Positions 1 through 10,693 of a DNA stretch of 64,000 nucleotides are shown piece after piece. The stretch spans positions 4,960,001 through 5,024,000 of the forward strand of contig JASGHG010000001.1 in assembly GCA_047602425.1 (NCBI GenBank). The letters are read 5' to 3'. Position 1 is the stretch's first letter; every line of letters begins with the position of its first letter. The notes below the pieces were generated by a model. It was not told the origin of the DNA and ran no database searches. It was given only the letters and a program-made list of their open reading frames with translations. Both the position numbers and the translations under genes were made by a program. The stretch is from Nibricoccus sp. Its GTDB lineage: Bacteria > Verrucomicrobiota > Verrucomicrobiia > Opitutales > Opitutaceae.

Positions 1-277
1 TGAAAAACTGCGTTTCGGGTCCGCCATTTTCGCCAATGTAAAGATGCCGGTAGCCACCGCCGGGGCAAAGGATGAGCGCGGTGCCATTGGACTTCGCCGG
101 AGTGTAAACGGTGAGAGTCGGGTTGTGGACTGCGACGATGCGGTTATTGGCGATTTCGTCTGGTCCGGCATTGGCCAGGGCCGGCCAAAGTGGAATCACG
201 AGAGGCTCACCGGCGCGCGCGGCCAGCGCCGGGCATAGCGCGAGAGTAAAGAGAAACGTGGCGAATGCGTTTCTCAT
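1..277 (-). CDS. Secreted alpha/beta hydrolase (carbohydrate esterase-like), runs off the window edge
   Basis: Not in the ORF track. Read manually from ATG at 277: MRNAFATFLFTLALCPALAARAGEPLVIPLWP...NPTLTVYTPAKSNGTALILCPGGGYRHL. Signal peptide plus PGGGY oxyanion motif; ATGA overlap with the upstream gene's stop. Confidence 0.8.
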   Translation of the reverse strand, partial: MRNAFATFLFTLALCPALAARAGEPLVIPLWPALANAGPDEIANNRIVAVHNPTLTVYTPAKSNGTALILCPGGGYRHLYIGENGGPETQFF

Positions 278-3200
278 TTTTTCGAGAGCGGTTTCAGATC
301 CGGCCCGAGCACCAGAGATTCACCGGCCTTCGGCTGCAACCTGACGGCGGCCGTTCCGGCGCGAAGATTGACCGGGTTGCCCAGGAGCGATTTGAGCGTA
401 AGTGAGACCAGTTTTCCCTCGCGCCAGGTGAAGCTGAGTTCAAAGCCGCCGCGAGCGCGCAGGCCGGTCACCGAACCGCTCGCCCAAGCCGATGGGAGCG
501 CGGGCAACAAAACGATTTCGTCGAGATGACTTTGAACAAGCATTTCGCAAATTCCGGCCGTTGCGGCAAAATTTCCGTCGATCTGAAAAGGCGGATGGGC
601 ATCGAAGAGATTCGAGTACGTTCCCCCGCCTTTCGTATAAACCAGTTCGGCGCTCGATGGAACAAAGCGCAGTTGCTGCTGGAGCATGCGCCAGGCGTGG
701 TCGCCATCGAGAAAACGGGCCCAAAAGAGGATTTTCCAGCCCAGCGACCAGCCGGTGCCGTCGTCACCGCGGAAGAGCAGCGATTTTTTGGCGGCGGCAA
801 AAAGTTCGGGTGTTTGCGGCCGGATTTCATGCCCGGGATAAACGCCCCAGAGATGCGAGGTGTGGCGATGCGTGTTTTTGGGATCGTCGATGTCCTGCAT
901 CCATTCCTGCAACTGACCGTGTTTGCCGATTTGGTTCGGCGCGATTTGATCACGCAGTTTCCAAAGCTGAGCGGCAAAATCCGCATCGATCTTCAGGGTT
1001 TCCGCCGCAGCGGCGGTGGAAGCAAACAGCGCCCGGATGATCTGATGATCCATCGTCGGTCCCATCACAAGACCACCTTGTTCGGGCGAATTCGACGGGC
1101 CGCTGATCAGCCAGCCGGTTTTCGGATCCCGCACCAGATAATCGACGAAGAAAAGGGCCGCTTCGCGCATGATCGGATAGGCGCGCTTGGCCAGAAATTC
1201 CCGGTTGCCGGTGAATAGATAGTGTTCCCAGAGGTGGCGGCAGAGCCAGGCGCCGCCGGTGGGCCAGATGCCGTGGTTGGAGGCGTTGATGGGTGCGGTG
1301 CCGCGCCAGAGATCGGTGTTGTGGTGCAAAACCCAACCACGGGCGCCGTAGTGAGCGCGCGCCGTTTCACGCCCGCTAACGACAAGATCGTCGAGCATCG
1401 ACCAGAGCGGCTCGGTGCATTCGCTGAGGTTCGCAACCTCGGCAGGCCAATAGTTCATCTGGAGATTGATATTGGTTGTGTATTTGCTGCCCCACGGAGG
1501 ATTTGTGCGGTCGTTCCAGATGCCTTGAAGATTGGCGGCCTGATCGCCCGGACGGCTGCTCGCGATGAGGAGATAACGACCGTAGTTGAAAAGAAGCGCA
1601 GCGAGCTGGGCGTCGGCGGTTTTGTCGGCGGCCTGCATGCGAATGTCGGTCGGTTGCGCCACGGCGGAGGTGGCGCCGAGATCGAGGGTCACCCGACGAA
1701 AAAGAGCGCGATGATCGGCTTGGTGGCGGGCCAGTAGTTCGTCATAAGAACGCGCGGCGGCGGCCTGCATGGCGGCGATGGCAAGGGCCTCGGGATCGGC
1801 GCTGACGTCGCGGAAATTTTTGTAGTTGGTCGCGGCGGTCACGAGCACGGTGGCGGTGTCGGCTTTGTCGACCATGATGCCGGCTGGCGTCACACTCACA
1901 GAACCGGCTTGGGTGAGCACGCGGACGACGGCGGCGAACTTCAACCCATCGCCAGCAACGCGACCGGTGACGAGCAGCGTGTTGTCGTCGATCGCGCGGG
2001 CATACGTGCCGCCGTGCGGACAGGCAAGGCGCAGCGCAAAACTCAGGCGGCCCGTGTCGTTCGTGGCGATGCGCTGAACGAGCACCTGATCAGGCTGACT
2101 GGAAAAGGCGGTGCGAGTGTAAACCACGTCGCCGACCGAATAGTGCACGGTCGAGAGTGCAGCATCGAGATCGAGTTCGCGACGGTAGTTGGCTGCATTG
2201 TCGTGACCCTTGAATTGAAGCAACAGGTCGCCCAGCGGCTGGTAGGCTTCCTGGCGGAGCGGCACGCTCATGAACTCGCGCATGGCGAGATCTTCGGCCG
2301 CTTTTTGTTTTCCCTCGGCGAGCAACTGGCGGATTTCGGGCAAAAACTTCACCGCTCCCTCGTGCTGATAGGCGTGGGGCAGACCGGTCCAGAGACTGTC
2401 TTCGTTGAGCTGCAGGCGCTCTTCCGCAATCCCGCCAAAAACCATGGCGCCAAGCCGCCCGTTGCCGATCGGCAGCGCTTCGGTCCAGGCGCTGGCAGGC
2501 TGGCGATACCAAAGGGTTAGAGGCTGCGCCGGGGCGGGTTCGCTGGACGCCGAAGGAACTTCGACAGGGAAACCCGGCTTGCCGTCCAAAACATTGCGCA
2601 GCCAGGCAATCATCCGCGCGTCGTGGTCAGCGGAGGTTTTGCTCCACTCCGTGAGGCGATGGGGCGCACCGGGAATGATCAAAAGATCGCAGGGCACGCT
2701 GTTGGCGCGGAGACGAGCCTGAAAGTTAAGAGTCTGCTGGAGCGGAACAGTCTTGTCGGCTTCGCCATGCAGAATCAGGAACGGCGGATGATTCCCCTTG
2801 GATTGGATGTGGTGAATGGGTGCGGTTTCGCGCAGGATCTTCAACGCCTCGGGCGTGACGTCTTTGGTGAGGCCGTGGAGATTTTGCAACGCAAGGCCGA
2901 TGCCGCCGCGGGTCGGCAATTCCTGCTCAAAATCCGTGACTGGGGCGTATCCGACCGCGGCCTGAACGCGGGTGTCGTCGTTGGTTTGCAGCGCAGCGAG
3001 CAACGCAAGATGTCCACCAGCGGAATGGCCAAAAATCGCAATGCGTTTCGGGTCGCCCTTGAACTCGGCCGCGTGGGCTTTGACCCAGCGAATGGCGGTC
3101 TGCACGTCGTCGAAGCACGCGGGCCAGCGGTGCTGCGGCGCGAGGCGGTAATTGATGGAAAACCACGTGAATTTCGCGGCCGTCAACGGCCCAAACCACG

Positions 3201-3435
3201 GGCTGATGTCCGCGCCGCTGCCGGGTTTTTCCGCGCCCTTTTTATCTCCACTTCCCCAACCACCGCCATGCACCAAGATGGCGATCGGGAAGGTCCCCTC
3301 GCCTTCCGGGATGTTCGCATCGAGCAGCAGCGGAACATCGCCCGCGCGGCCATACTCGATATCGGCTTTGAATTCCGCGCGCAAAACGGCGGCACAAGCA
3401 AAAGCAAAGGCGAAACGGAGGAAAATTTTGAGCAT
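274..3435 (-). CDS. Fusion of alpha/beta-hydrolase esterase and GH95 (alpha-L-fucosidase/L-galactosidase)
   Basis: Signal peptide MLKIFLRFAFAFACAAVLRA. Esterase motifs HGGGW, GHSAGG, HGEAD. GH95 motifs EALPIGNGRLGAM, KYTTNINLQMNYW, HPPFQIDGNFA. Start at 3435 or 3453. Confidence 0.9.
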   Translation of the reverse strand: MLKIFLRFAFAFACAAVLRAEFKADIEYGRAGDVPLLLDANIPEGEGTFPIAILVHGGGWGSGDKKGAEKPGSGADISPWFGPLTAAKFTWFSINYRLAPQHRWPACFDDVQTAIRWVKAHAAEFKGDPKRIAIFGHSAGGHLALLAALQTNDDTRVQAAVGYAPVTDFEQELPTRGGIGLALQNLHGLTKDVTPEALKILRETAPIHHIQSKGNHPPFLILHGEADKTVPLQQTLNFQARLRANSVPCDLLIIPGAPHRLTEWSKTSADHDARMIAWLRNVLDGKPGFPVEVPSASSEPAPAQPLTLWYRQPASAWTEALPIGNGRLGAMVFGGIAEERLQLNEDSLWTGLPHAYQHEGAVKFLPEIRQLLAEGKQKAAEDLAMREFMSVPLRQEAYQPLGDLLLQFKGHDNAANYRRELDLDAALSTVHYSVGDVVYTRTAFSSQPDQVLVQRIATNDTGRLSFALRLACPHGGTYARAIDDNTLLVTGRVAGDGLKFAAVVRVLTQAGSVSVTPAGIMVDKADTATVLVTAATNYKNFRDVSADPEALAIAAMQAAAARSYDELLARHQADHRALFRRVTLDLGATSAVAQPTDIRMQAADKTADAQLAALLFNYGRYLLIASSRPGDQAANLQGIWNDRTNPPWGSKYTTNINLQMNYWPAEVANLSECTEPLWSMLDDLVVSGRETARAHYGARGWVLHHNTDLWRGTAPINASNHGIWPTGGAWLCRHLWEHYLFTGNREFLAKRAYPIMREAALFFVDYLVRDPKTGWLISGPSNSPEQGGLVMGPTMDHQIIRALFASTAAAAETLKIDADFAAQLWKLRDQIAPNQIGKHGQLQEWMQDIDDPKNTHRHTSHLWGVYPGHEIRPQTPELFAAAKKSLLFRGDDGTGWSLGWKILFWARFLDGDHAWRMLQQQLRFVPSSAELVYTKGGGTYSNLFDAHPPFQIDGNFAATAGICEMLVQSHLDEIVLLPALPSAWASGSVTGLRARGGFELSFTWREGKLVSLTLKSLLGNPVNLRAGTAAVRLQPKAGESLVLGPDLKPLSKK

Positions 3436-3458
3436 GGGATGAGCGAGGGGCATTGGTC

Positions 3459-4880
3459 TTAGCGAGCCTGCTGGCCCAAGCGCGGAACAAGAAGTTGGAT
3501 GGCGAGGAGGGAGATCAGGTACATGCCGGCAAAATAGCCGAAGACGAGCAGGTAGCCGCTGGAATCGGGAGTCAGTCCCATCAGTTGAACACTGTTGGTC
3601 TTGGTATATTGAAGAATTTGTCCGGTAAACCCGTTCACAAAACCGCCGGTGAAATAAGCGACGAAGCCGCCAAGCCCGACCACGGAGCTGATCGTTTCCT
3701 TTGGCATCGTGTCGCCGACGATCGAAAACAAGTTCGCCGACCATCCTTGATGGGCCGAGCCGGCGAGTCCCACGATCAATACCGCCAGCCAGACCGTTCC
3801 GGCAAATGGCGCAAGGAAAACGGGAACCACGGCTAAGGCACAAATCAACAGCGAAACCTTCCGCGCGGAGTTAACCGTCCAGCCTTTGCTCATCAGCTTG
3901 CCGGCCAGCCAGCCACCCGCCACGCCGCCAACCGCCGCGAGCGCGAAAAAGGCCCCTGTCCACCAACCGGTGGCCTGGGTATTGAGTTGAAAACGTTTCC
4001 CGAGAAAATCGGGTACAAAAAATTGATAAAAGCCCCAGGCCGGCCCGGCGAAAATACTAGCCAGCACGTAAGCCCAAACCGGGCGGTATGCGAGCAGCGA
4101 CAACCACGGCACTTTGACCTTCTTCTCCTCCACCTGCGGCTGCCCGGACTTGATGTAGGCGAGTTCGCCGGAGGAAAGTTTTTTGTGCCTTTCGGGCGCT
4201 TCGTAAATCCACCACCACACCGTGACCCAGACAAAACCCGAGGCTCCGGTGATGTAGAACGTCGATTCCCAACCAAGATGTTGATACAACCACGGCACGC
4301 CAATCGGGCAAACAATCGCGCCGACATTCGTGCCGGCGTTGAACAGGCCCGTGGCCAGCGCCCGCTCTTTCACCGGATACCATTCGGCGACGGCCTTGAT
4401 CGCCCCGGGGAAATTTCCGCCTTCGGTCAGACCCAGCGCAATGCGCGCGAGCATGAACCCCGCCGCCGTCATCGGCAAAGACATCGTGGCGACAGCGAAG
4501 GCGCCATCCACCCATTTGAACCACGGCATTGAGAAGTGCGCTTGCACATCGATCAAACCGCAGAGGCCGTGCGACAAGGCCGCAAAACTCCAGGCGATGA
4601 CGAAGATCGGCAGGCCTTTCTTCACCCCCCAACGATCCATCAACCGTCCGCCAAAAAGATAGCCGAACGCGTACGCAAAAGAAAACGCTGCCGTGATCCA
4701 CCCGTAGTCCGCGTCAGTCCAGCCAAGCTCGCGGCATAGATCCTTTTTCAAAATCGCCAACACCAACCGATCCAGATAATTAACGGCGACCGAGAAGAAT
4801 AGCAGGCCGCAGATAATCCAACGAAAATTGCCCGGCGACTTCACGGTCGCTGGGACATTGGCAGGGATGGGTTGACTCAT
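3459..4880 (-). CDS. MFS transporter, ExuT/hexuronate (ACS) type
   Basis: VNYLDR, GRLMDRWG, AEWYPVKERALATGLFNAGTNVGA and AHQGWSANL motifs; multiple TM helices. Confidence 0.88.
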   Translation of the reverse strand: MSQPIPANVPATVKSPGNFRWIICGLLFFSVAVNYLDRLVLAILKKDLCRELGWTDADYGWITAAFSFAYAFGYLFGGRLMDRWGVKKGLPIFVIAWSFAALSHGLCGLIDVQAHFSMPWFKWVDGAFAVATMSLPMTAAGFMLARIALGLTEGGNFPGAIKAVAEWYPVKERALATGLFNAGTNVGAIVCPIGVPWLYQHLGWESTFYITGASGFVWVTVWWWIYEAPERHKKLSSGELAYIKSGQPQVEEKKVKVPWLSLLAYRPVWAYVLASIFAGPAWGFYQFFVPDFLGKRFQLNTQATGWWTGAFFALAAVGGVAGGWLAGKLMSKGWTVNSARKVSLLICALAVVPVFLAPFAGTVWLAVLIVGLAGSAHQGWSANLFSIVGDTMPKETISSVVGLGGFVAYFTGGFVNGFTGQILQYTKTNSVQLMGLTPDSSGYLLVFGYFAGMYLISLLAIQLLVPRLGQQAR

Positions 4881-5056
4881 GGAACGGAGGTTTGCGAGGG
4901 GTTGAAGCAGAGACTGCGTGGCCTGAAAGAACGACAGACCGAAACGATTAGGACACGAGTGCGACCATCACAAGGCGCAATTGCCGTGGCGCAATCAACG
5001 CCTCGCGCACATCGTTGACTACTACGTAGGCAGAACCATTTCGCACCCCGGCGACT

Positions 5057-6094
5057 TCACAGCGGTGTCAGCAACGTCGTGCCATCACGCCAATCGCCCG
5101 AAAGCAAAACTTCGTGCGGATCATCAGGTACGCCACGCTCGCTGCGGTGCAAAAGGCCGACCAACATTTCCACCGCCAGTTCTCCGAGCTTTTCCGCGCT
5201 GCCATTGACGCCGGCATGGCCGTACTCCGGATGATCGTTCACCAGCGTCGCCAACCCGACGTCGGCCGGCACCTGAAGCCCGGCCTCCTTCAACCATTGA
5301 ATCACCGGCAAAGCATGCGTCACCAACAGCGCATCCGGTTTGTTTTTCTCGTACCATTCGTGAAACACGGAAGACAATTTGGGTCCTTCCTCGAAAAAAA
5401 ACGGAGGCACGCGGTCGCCGGGCTTGAACCGAAGCTGTTGCTGAAGATAGGCACCTAACCAACGCTCACCGACACGCGGGCTGTCATTGGCATCGGAAAA
5501 GACGAAGCCCACGCGTTTGTATCCGCGTTGGATCAATTGCTCCATGGCCGCGCTTGCGCTGGAATAATAGTCCTCGGCCACGCGATGCAGCACCGGGTCG
5601 CGCAACGTCATGCCGAGCGCGACACAGGAAAATTTCTGCCAGAGCAAATCCATCGATTGTTGGCCCGGGGGAAGGCGCCCAATCAGCAAGCCATGAATAC
5701 CACGGGCATAGAGAATTTCGCAGAAACGCTCCTGGGTCATGCCACGCTCGCCAAGCCAGAAATGCTCCAGTTTATAACCAAGTTCCTGCGCCCGCACCGC
5801 CGCGCCGGGAAAATAATCCGGCCGGTCGTGATATTGCGGCTTCCACCCCCAGCGCGTCGGATAGTTCGTCACGTAGGCCAGCACGAGATGTCCGGAGGAG
5901 CGGCCGGTGCGGCGCGACTGCATGAGTGCGGCGATCAGCGGATTCACCCGGTAGCCGAGCTTGACCGCCATGGCCTTCACCTGCTTGCGCACGTCTTCCG
6001 AAATGCGCGGATGATCGCGCAGCGCGAGCGAAACCGTCGAGGGATGCACGCCGAGTTTTTTGGCGATATCTTTGAGGTTCGGTTTTTCAGGCAT
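5057..6094 (-). CDS. LacI family transcriptional regulator
   Basis: N-terminal HTH LKDIAKKLGVHPSTVSLALRDHPRIS followed by a sugar-binding-like domain. Confidence 0.9.
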   Translation of the reverse strand: MPEKPNLKDIAKKLGVHPSTVSLALRDHPRISEDVRKQVKAMAVKLGYRVNPLIAALMQSRRTGRSSGHLVLAYVTNYPTRWGWKPQYHDRPDYFPGAAVRAQELGYKLEHFWLGERGMTQERFCEILYARGIHGLLIGRLPPGQQSMDLLWQKFSCVALGMTLRDPVLHRVAEDYYSSASAAMEQLIQRGYKRVGFVFSDANDSPRVGERWLGAYLQQQLRFKPGDRVPPFFFEEGPKLSSVFHEWYEKNKPDALLVTHALPVIQWLKEAGLQVPADVGLATLVNDHPEYGHAGVNGSAEKLGELAVEMLVGLLHRSERGVPDDPHEVLLSGDWRDGTTLLTPL

Positions 6095-6119
6095 GGCGGC
6101 GGGGCAATATGAAAGGGTT

Positions 6120-7289
6120 TTATCCGGATGTCATCCGGCTGGTGCGCATTTTTTCGCGATACGCGTAGGGTGTCTGGCCGGTTTCGCGTCGAAAGGCGGT
6201 GCTGAGATAACTGGCGTTCAGAAAACCGGCGAGTTCGGCGATGACGGCGATCGAAAGATCCGTGTCGATCAGGAGGTTTTTCGCGCGTTCGATCCGGCGA
6301 TTGACAATATGCTGGTGCGGCGAGTGTCCAAGCAAGGCTTTGAAACGGCGGTCGAAAAGCGTGCGCGACACCGGCACCGCGCGTAGAACGTCGCTCACGT
6401 CGATGCCGTCGCACGCGTGTTCGGTGATGTAGCGAAGCGCCGCGGCAATTTTCGGATCGGAAACAGCCGAGGCGTCGGTGGATTGCCGCTCGACCACACG
6501 AATGGGTTCGATGTAGTGCGTTTGCGAAGCGAACCTTTCGCCATGCATCAAGCGCGAGAGTCGCGCGGCCGCCTCATACCCGGTCAATCGGGCGTTGGGC
6601 AGTACGCTGGTGAGCGGCGGATTGCAGAGCTGGCAGAGGACCTCGTCGTCGTCGACGCCGATCACGGCGACGTCGTCAGGCACCGCCAGACCGCAAAGTT
6701 GCGCCGCTTCGAGCACTTGGAGCGCACGATTGTCGTAACAGGCAACAATGCCCACCGGCCGCGGCAGCCCCTGCAACCAACGGGCGATGCTGCGCAGTTC
6801 CGAATCGGAGCCCTGGCTGTCCGCGGCGGGCTCCTTGTAGATACGATTTGGTTTAGTTTCGGCCGCCATCACGCGGCGAAACTCGTCCGCGCGTTGCCGC
6901 GACCAGATGAAACGCTTGTCGCCAATAAAGGCGAAATGGCGAAGACCCTTGTCCTTGAGATGCGCAAGCGCCAGCCGCGTCACTGCCGCATTGTCGATGC
7001 TCACACGGGGAAATTCCGACGAAGGCCGGTCGGCGCTGACGTCCACCACCGGGATTTTCGCACGCCGCAAAACGGTCGCCGCCTGCGCGGAATCCACACG
7101 CGCGATGATGCCATCGCCTTCCCAATCCGCCAGCCAGCCCGGCAACGAGGCTCTTCGGGCTTGTTCGGTAAAGCGAATGGACCATTTTTCGCCGCTCTTC
7201 TGCACCCAGTCGCGCACACCGTACAACAAGTCGCGGCCGTAACGATTCGACGTCTCGATCAGCAACGCGACTTTGTGGACTTCCGGCAT
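6120..7289 (-). CDS. xylR: XylR-type regulator (LacI-like sensor plus C-terminal AraC HTH)
   Basis: KVALLIETSNRYGRDLLYGV, WEGDGIIAR, VPDDVAVIGVDDD, AraC C-terminus; directly downstream of xylB. Confidence 0.85.
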   Translation of the reverse strand: MPEVHKVALLIETSNRYGRDLLYGVRDWVQKSGEKWSIRFTEQARRASLPGWLADWEGDGIIARVDSAQAATVLRRAKIPVVDVSADRPSSEFPRVSIDNAAVTRLALAHLKDKGLRHFAFIGDKRFIWSRQRADEFRRVMAAETKPNRIYKEPAADSQGSDSELRSIARWLQGLPRPVGIVACYDNRALQVLEAAQLCGLAVPDDVAVIGVDDDEVLCQLCNPPLTSVLPNARLTGYEAAARLSRLMHGERFASQTHYIEPIRVVERQSTDASAVSDPKIAAALRYITEHACDGIDVSDVLRAVPVSRTLFDRRFKALLGHSPHQHIVNRRIERAKNLLIDTDLSIAVIAELAGFLNASYLSTAFRRETGQTPYAYREKMRTSRMTSG

Positions 7290-7323
7290 AAAATGGAGGG
7301 CGATGCGTCCCTGCCGAGCCGCC

Positions 7324-8823
7324 TCAGCGGCGCTCGAAAACCGGGCGCAGGGTCACGCTCAAATCGTCTTGGACGGCCTGGAGTTTTTTGTAGATGGCGA
7401 CGGCGGATTTGTTCGGCTTGCAACGCGTGGCTTCGTCAACCGCGACATAGCGCCGGGTTAAATCGCGCAGCGAAGTGCGCAGTCCGGCCGCGCGATCGAC
7501 GCACCAGGCCGCCTGCAGGGCGCCACCGAGCGCGGCACCTTCGTCTTCCTTCATCGCGACGACGGAAACACCAAAAACGTCCGCAGCGATCTGGCGCCAA
7601 ACCGGCGTCTTCATGCCGCCGCCGGTGACGCGGATTTCCTTCGGCTTGATGCCGAGCGCGCGAAGACGCAACAGGCCGTAGTTCATACCGAGCGTGGCGC
7701 CTTCCATCGCAGCGCGCAGGAAATGGCCGGGCGTAAACGTGCGGCGATTCAAGCCGAACAAGTTGCCAGTACCATTCGGAACGGACGGCGTGCGTTCCCC
7801 TTCGAAGTATGGCAACAACACCAAGCCGTCGGCGCCGGGCGGAGTTTTGAGAACGTCTTCATCGTACTGGCGTAAATCGCGTCCGAGGAGACCACGCATC
7901 ATCTCCGTCGCGGTCGTAACATTCATCGTGCAGAGCAGCGGCAGCCAATTACCCGTCGAATCGCAGAACGCTGCAATCTCGCCAGCGGGATCGACCACCG
8001 GCGTCTTGCTGCAGGCATAGATGGTGCCGCTCGTGCCAAAACTTGCGCTGACGATGCCGGGCTCAACATTGCCCGTGCCGATGGCGCCCATCATATTGTC
8101 CCCGCCGCCCGCGCTCACAAGCACGTCGGGGCTCAAACCAAAGCGTTCCGCAATCGCCGGAGAGACACGACCCGCGGGCTGATGGGCTTCAATGAGCTCC
8201 GGCAACATTTTCTCCAAGCCGGGATCGATGGCCCGAACCGCCTCCTTGCTCCAAATACGCTTGCGCACGTCGAGCAGCGCCGTGCCGGAAGCGTCGCCGT
8301 ATTCCATCACGTAGTTGCCAGTCAAATACCAGTTCAGGTAGTCATGCGGCAAAAGGACATGCGCGAGCCGTTTGAAATTTTTCGGTTCGTGGCGCTTGAG
8401 CCAAAGAATTTTCGGCGCGGTGAAACCAGGCAGAAAGCGCAGGCCGGTTTTGCGAAGCACGGCTTTGTCACCGCCCAATTTTTTGGTGAGAATCGCGCAT
8501 TCCTCCGCGGTCGAAGTGTCGTTCCAAAGCTTTGCCGGACGAATCACTTTGCCATTCGCATCGAGAGGCACGAAGCCGTGCTGCTGACCGGAAATCCCGA
8601 TGCCGCGGACCTCGGCGCGGTCGACTTGGTCAAGCAGTCCGTCGAGAACTTTTTCAAGAGCCTCGGTCCAATCCGAGGGATTCTGCTCCGAGTGACCCGC
8701 GGGCAGACCGCTGATCAAGCTGTGTGAGGCGCGCGCCGTCGCGAGAGTTTCGCCGGTTTCGCGATCAAGGATGATGCCCTTGGTGCCTTGTGTGCCGCAA
8801 TCGATGCCAATGAAAAGACTCAT
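7324..8823 (-). CDS. xylB: Xylulokinase
   Basis: MSLFIGIDCGTQGTK, GISGQQHG, AGGGDN, GERTP FGGY-kinase motifs; divergent from xylA. Start trimmed to ATG 8823. Confidence 0.95.
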   Translation of the reverse strand: MSLFIGIDCGTQGTKGIILDRETGETLATARASHSLISGLPAGHSEQNPSDWTEALEKVLDGLLDQVDRAEVRGIGISGQQHGFVPLDANGKVIRPAKLWNDTSTAEECAILTKKLGGDKAVLRKTGLRFLPGFTAPKILWLKRHEPKNFKRLAHVLLPHDYLNWYLTGNYVMEYGDASGTALLDVRKRIWSKEAVRAIDPGLEKMLPELIEAHQPAGRVSPAIAERFGLSPDVLVSAGGGDNMMGAIGTGNVEPGIVSASFGTSGTIYACSKTPVVDPAGEIAAFCDSTGNWLPLLCTMNVTTATEMMRGLLGRDLRQYDEDVLKTPPGADGLVLLPYFEGERTPSVPNGTGNLFGLNRRTFTPGHFLRAAMEGATLGMNYGLLRLRALGIKPKEIRVTGGGMKTPVWRQIAADVFGVSVVAMKEDEGAALGGALQAAWCVDRAAGLRTSLRDLTRRYVAVDEATRCKPNKSAVAIYKKLQAVQDDLSVTLRPVFERR

Positions 8824-9009
8824 GGTGGACAGAGTTGAAGACGTGAGAGGAAGGGGTTGTGCGCGCCGCGGGATGTGACGCTGAAGATGGAGATTGCACC
8901 ACGCTTGTCCGCAGGCAACGCGTGTGTTAAAAATCAAAAAAGAAATAGCAAGAATTCGATAGTTGGCAAGACGCCGTAATGGTATTCTCGCCGCACCCCC
9001 AAACCAATT

Positions 9010-10335
9010 ATGGCAAAAAACGAAACTCATTTCGCTAACATCGGCACCATCGCCTACGAAGGTCCGAAAACCGACAACGCCCTCGCCTTCCGTCACTATA
9101 ATCCCTCCGAGGTGATCAACGGCAAAACGATGAAGGAGCACATGCGCTTCTCCATTGCCTACTGGCACGCCTTCCGCGGCGTCGGTTCCGATCCGTTCGG
9201 CCCCGGCACGATCGTTCGCCCATGGGAATCCGGCAAGGACGCCGTCGCCATCGCCAAGAAGCGCATGGATGCCGCCTTCGAATTTTTCACCAAGATCGAG
9301 TCACCCTTCTGGTGCTTCCACGACCGCGACATCGCTCCCGAAGGTGCCACGCTCGCCCAGTCGAACAAGAATCTCGACCAACTCGTCGCCCACGCGAAAA
9401 AGCTTCAAAAAGCCACGGGCGTGAAGCTCCTTTGGGGCACCGCAAATCTTTTCTCGAATCCGCGCTTTATGTGCGGCGCTTCGACCAATCCCGACGCCCA
9501 TGTCTTCGCCTACGCCGCTGCGCAGGTCAAAAAAGCGCTCGAGGCCACGCTCGAACTCGGTGGCGAAAACTACGTTTTCTGGGGTGGCCGTGAAGGTTAC
9601 GAGACCCTGCTCAACACCAATCTCAAGCGCGAGCAGGACCATCTCGCTGCGTTCCTCCACATGGCGGTCGACTACGCGAAGGAGATTGGCTTCAAGGGCC
9701 AGTTCCTGATCGAACCGAAACCTAAGGAACCCACCAAACATCAGTACGATTTCGACGTCGCCAGCGGCATCGCCTTCCTGCGCACCTACGGCCTCGAAAA
9801 ATATTTCAAGTTCAACATCGAAACCAACCACGCCACACTCGCCGGTCACACGTTCCAGCATGAAATCGAAGTCGCCGCTTCCGCTGGCATGCTCGGCTCG
9901 ATCGACGCCAACTCCGGCGATCTCCTCCTTGGCTGGGATACCGACCAGTTCAATACCGACATCAAGGAGCTCACGCTCGCGATGGTCTCGATCCTCCGCG
10001 CCGGCGGCCTCGGCACTGGCGGTTTCAATTTCGACGCCAAGCTCCGCCGTCCTTCCATCGACGCCGAAGATCTTTTCATCGCGCACATCGGCGGCATGGA
10101 TAGTTATGCCGCGGCCTTCAAGATCGCCCGTCGCATCCTCGCCGAGGGCAAGTTCGAGAAGTTCGTCGCCGACCGCTATTCAAGTTTCGATTCCGGCTTC
10201 GGTCGCGATATCGAGAAGCGCAAGATCGGTTTCAAGGAGCTCGAAAAACTCGTTCTGACCAAGCTCGGCGAACCGACTCCGAAGAGCGGCAAACAGGAGA
10301 AACTCGAAAACCTCCTCAACACTTACCTTTACTGA
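9010..10335 (+). CDS. xylA: Xylose isomerase (class II)
   Basis: [34 protein letters not shown] motifs. Confidence 0.98.
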   Translation: MAKNETHFANIGTIAYEGPKTDNALAFRHYNPSEVINGKTMKEHMRFSIAYWHAFRGVGSDPFGPGTIVRPWESGKDAVAIAKKRMDAAFEFFTKIESPFWCFHDRDIAPEGATLAQSNKNLDQLVAHAKKLQKATGVKLLWGTANLFSNPRFMCGASTNPDAHVFAYAAAQVKKALEATLELGGENYVFWGGREGYETLLNTNLKREQDHLAAFLHMAVDYAKEIGFKGQFLIEPKPKEPTKHQYDFDVASGIAFLRTYGLEKYFKFNIETNHATLAGHTFQHEIEVAASAGMLGSIDANSGDLLLGWDTDQFNTDIKELTLAMVSILRAGGLGTGGFNFDAKLRRPSIDAEDLFIAHIGGMDSYAAAFKIARRILAEGKFEKFVADRYSSFDSGFGRDIEKRKIGFKELEKLVLTKLGEPTPKSGKQEKLENLLNTYLY

Positions 10336-10363
10336 GTCAGATCTCTGATCCGCTTCAGTTTTC

Positions 10364-10393
10364 AAACCGGCGCTCATCCGCGCCGGTTTTTTT
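10364..10393 (+). terminator. Intrinsic terminator after xylA
   Basis: AAACCGGCG-loop-CGCCGGTTT followed by a T run. Confidence 0.8.
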
Positions 10394-10443
10394 ATGCAGT
10401 TCCCCAATGCCTCGCATTCGCCCCTCGCTAGGCCATTGCGGAA

Positions 10444-10544
10444 TTTGTCATCTAATCGACTACAAACAGCGCGCCCACGTTTTTTTCTCCCTACGACTCC
10501 CCTCCTCGCCCCCCGGGGCCGTTTGTCATCTATTGAATAACAAA
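10444..10544. repeat. Two copies of an imperfect 23-bp palindrome TTTGTCATCTA...ACAAA
   Basis: TTTGTCATCTAATCGACTACAAA (10444-10466) and TTTGTCATCTATTGAATAACAAA (10522-10544). Confidence 0.6.
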
Positions 10545-10693
10545 CTATTTCTCAGAGCTAGTTTATCGCGAGTTATGCTTTGTGTCCGTGTTCGCAAATA
10601 CGGATGAGGTCTATTCCGCAGCAAGCTGTTACCTATTTGACTATCCGCCGTCTTAAGGCAAAGACACGTGTCCTTCCACGCCTTCTTTCCCCA

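Noticed and set aside
3436..3843. N-terminal extensions in the ORF track (GH95 fusion; also xylB, pyrB, rnr, M24 peptidase)
   Set aside because: They overlap neighbouring genes or promoters; signal peptides and family N-termini indicate the downstream starts.
8824..9009. XylR operator in the xylB-xylA spacer
   Set aside because: Plausible by context (GCAAGA repeated), but the match is too weak to place by eye.
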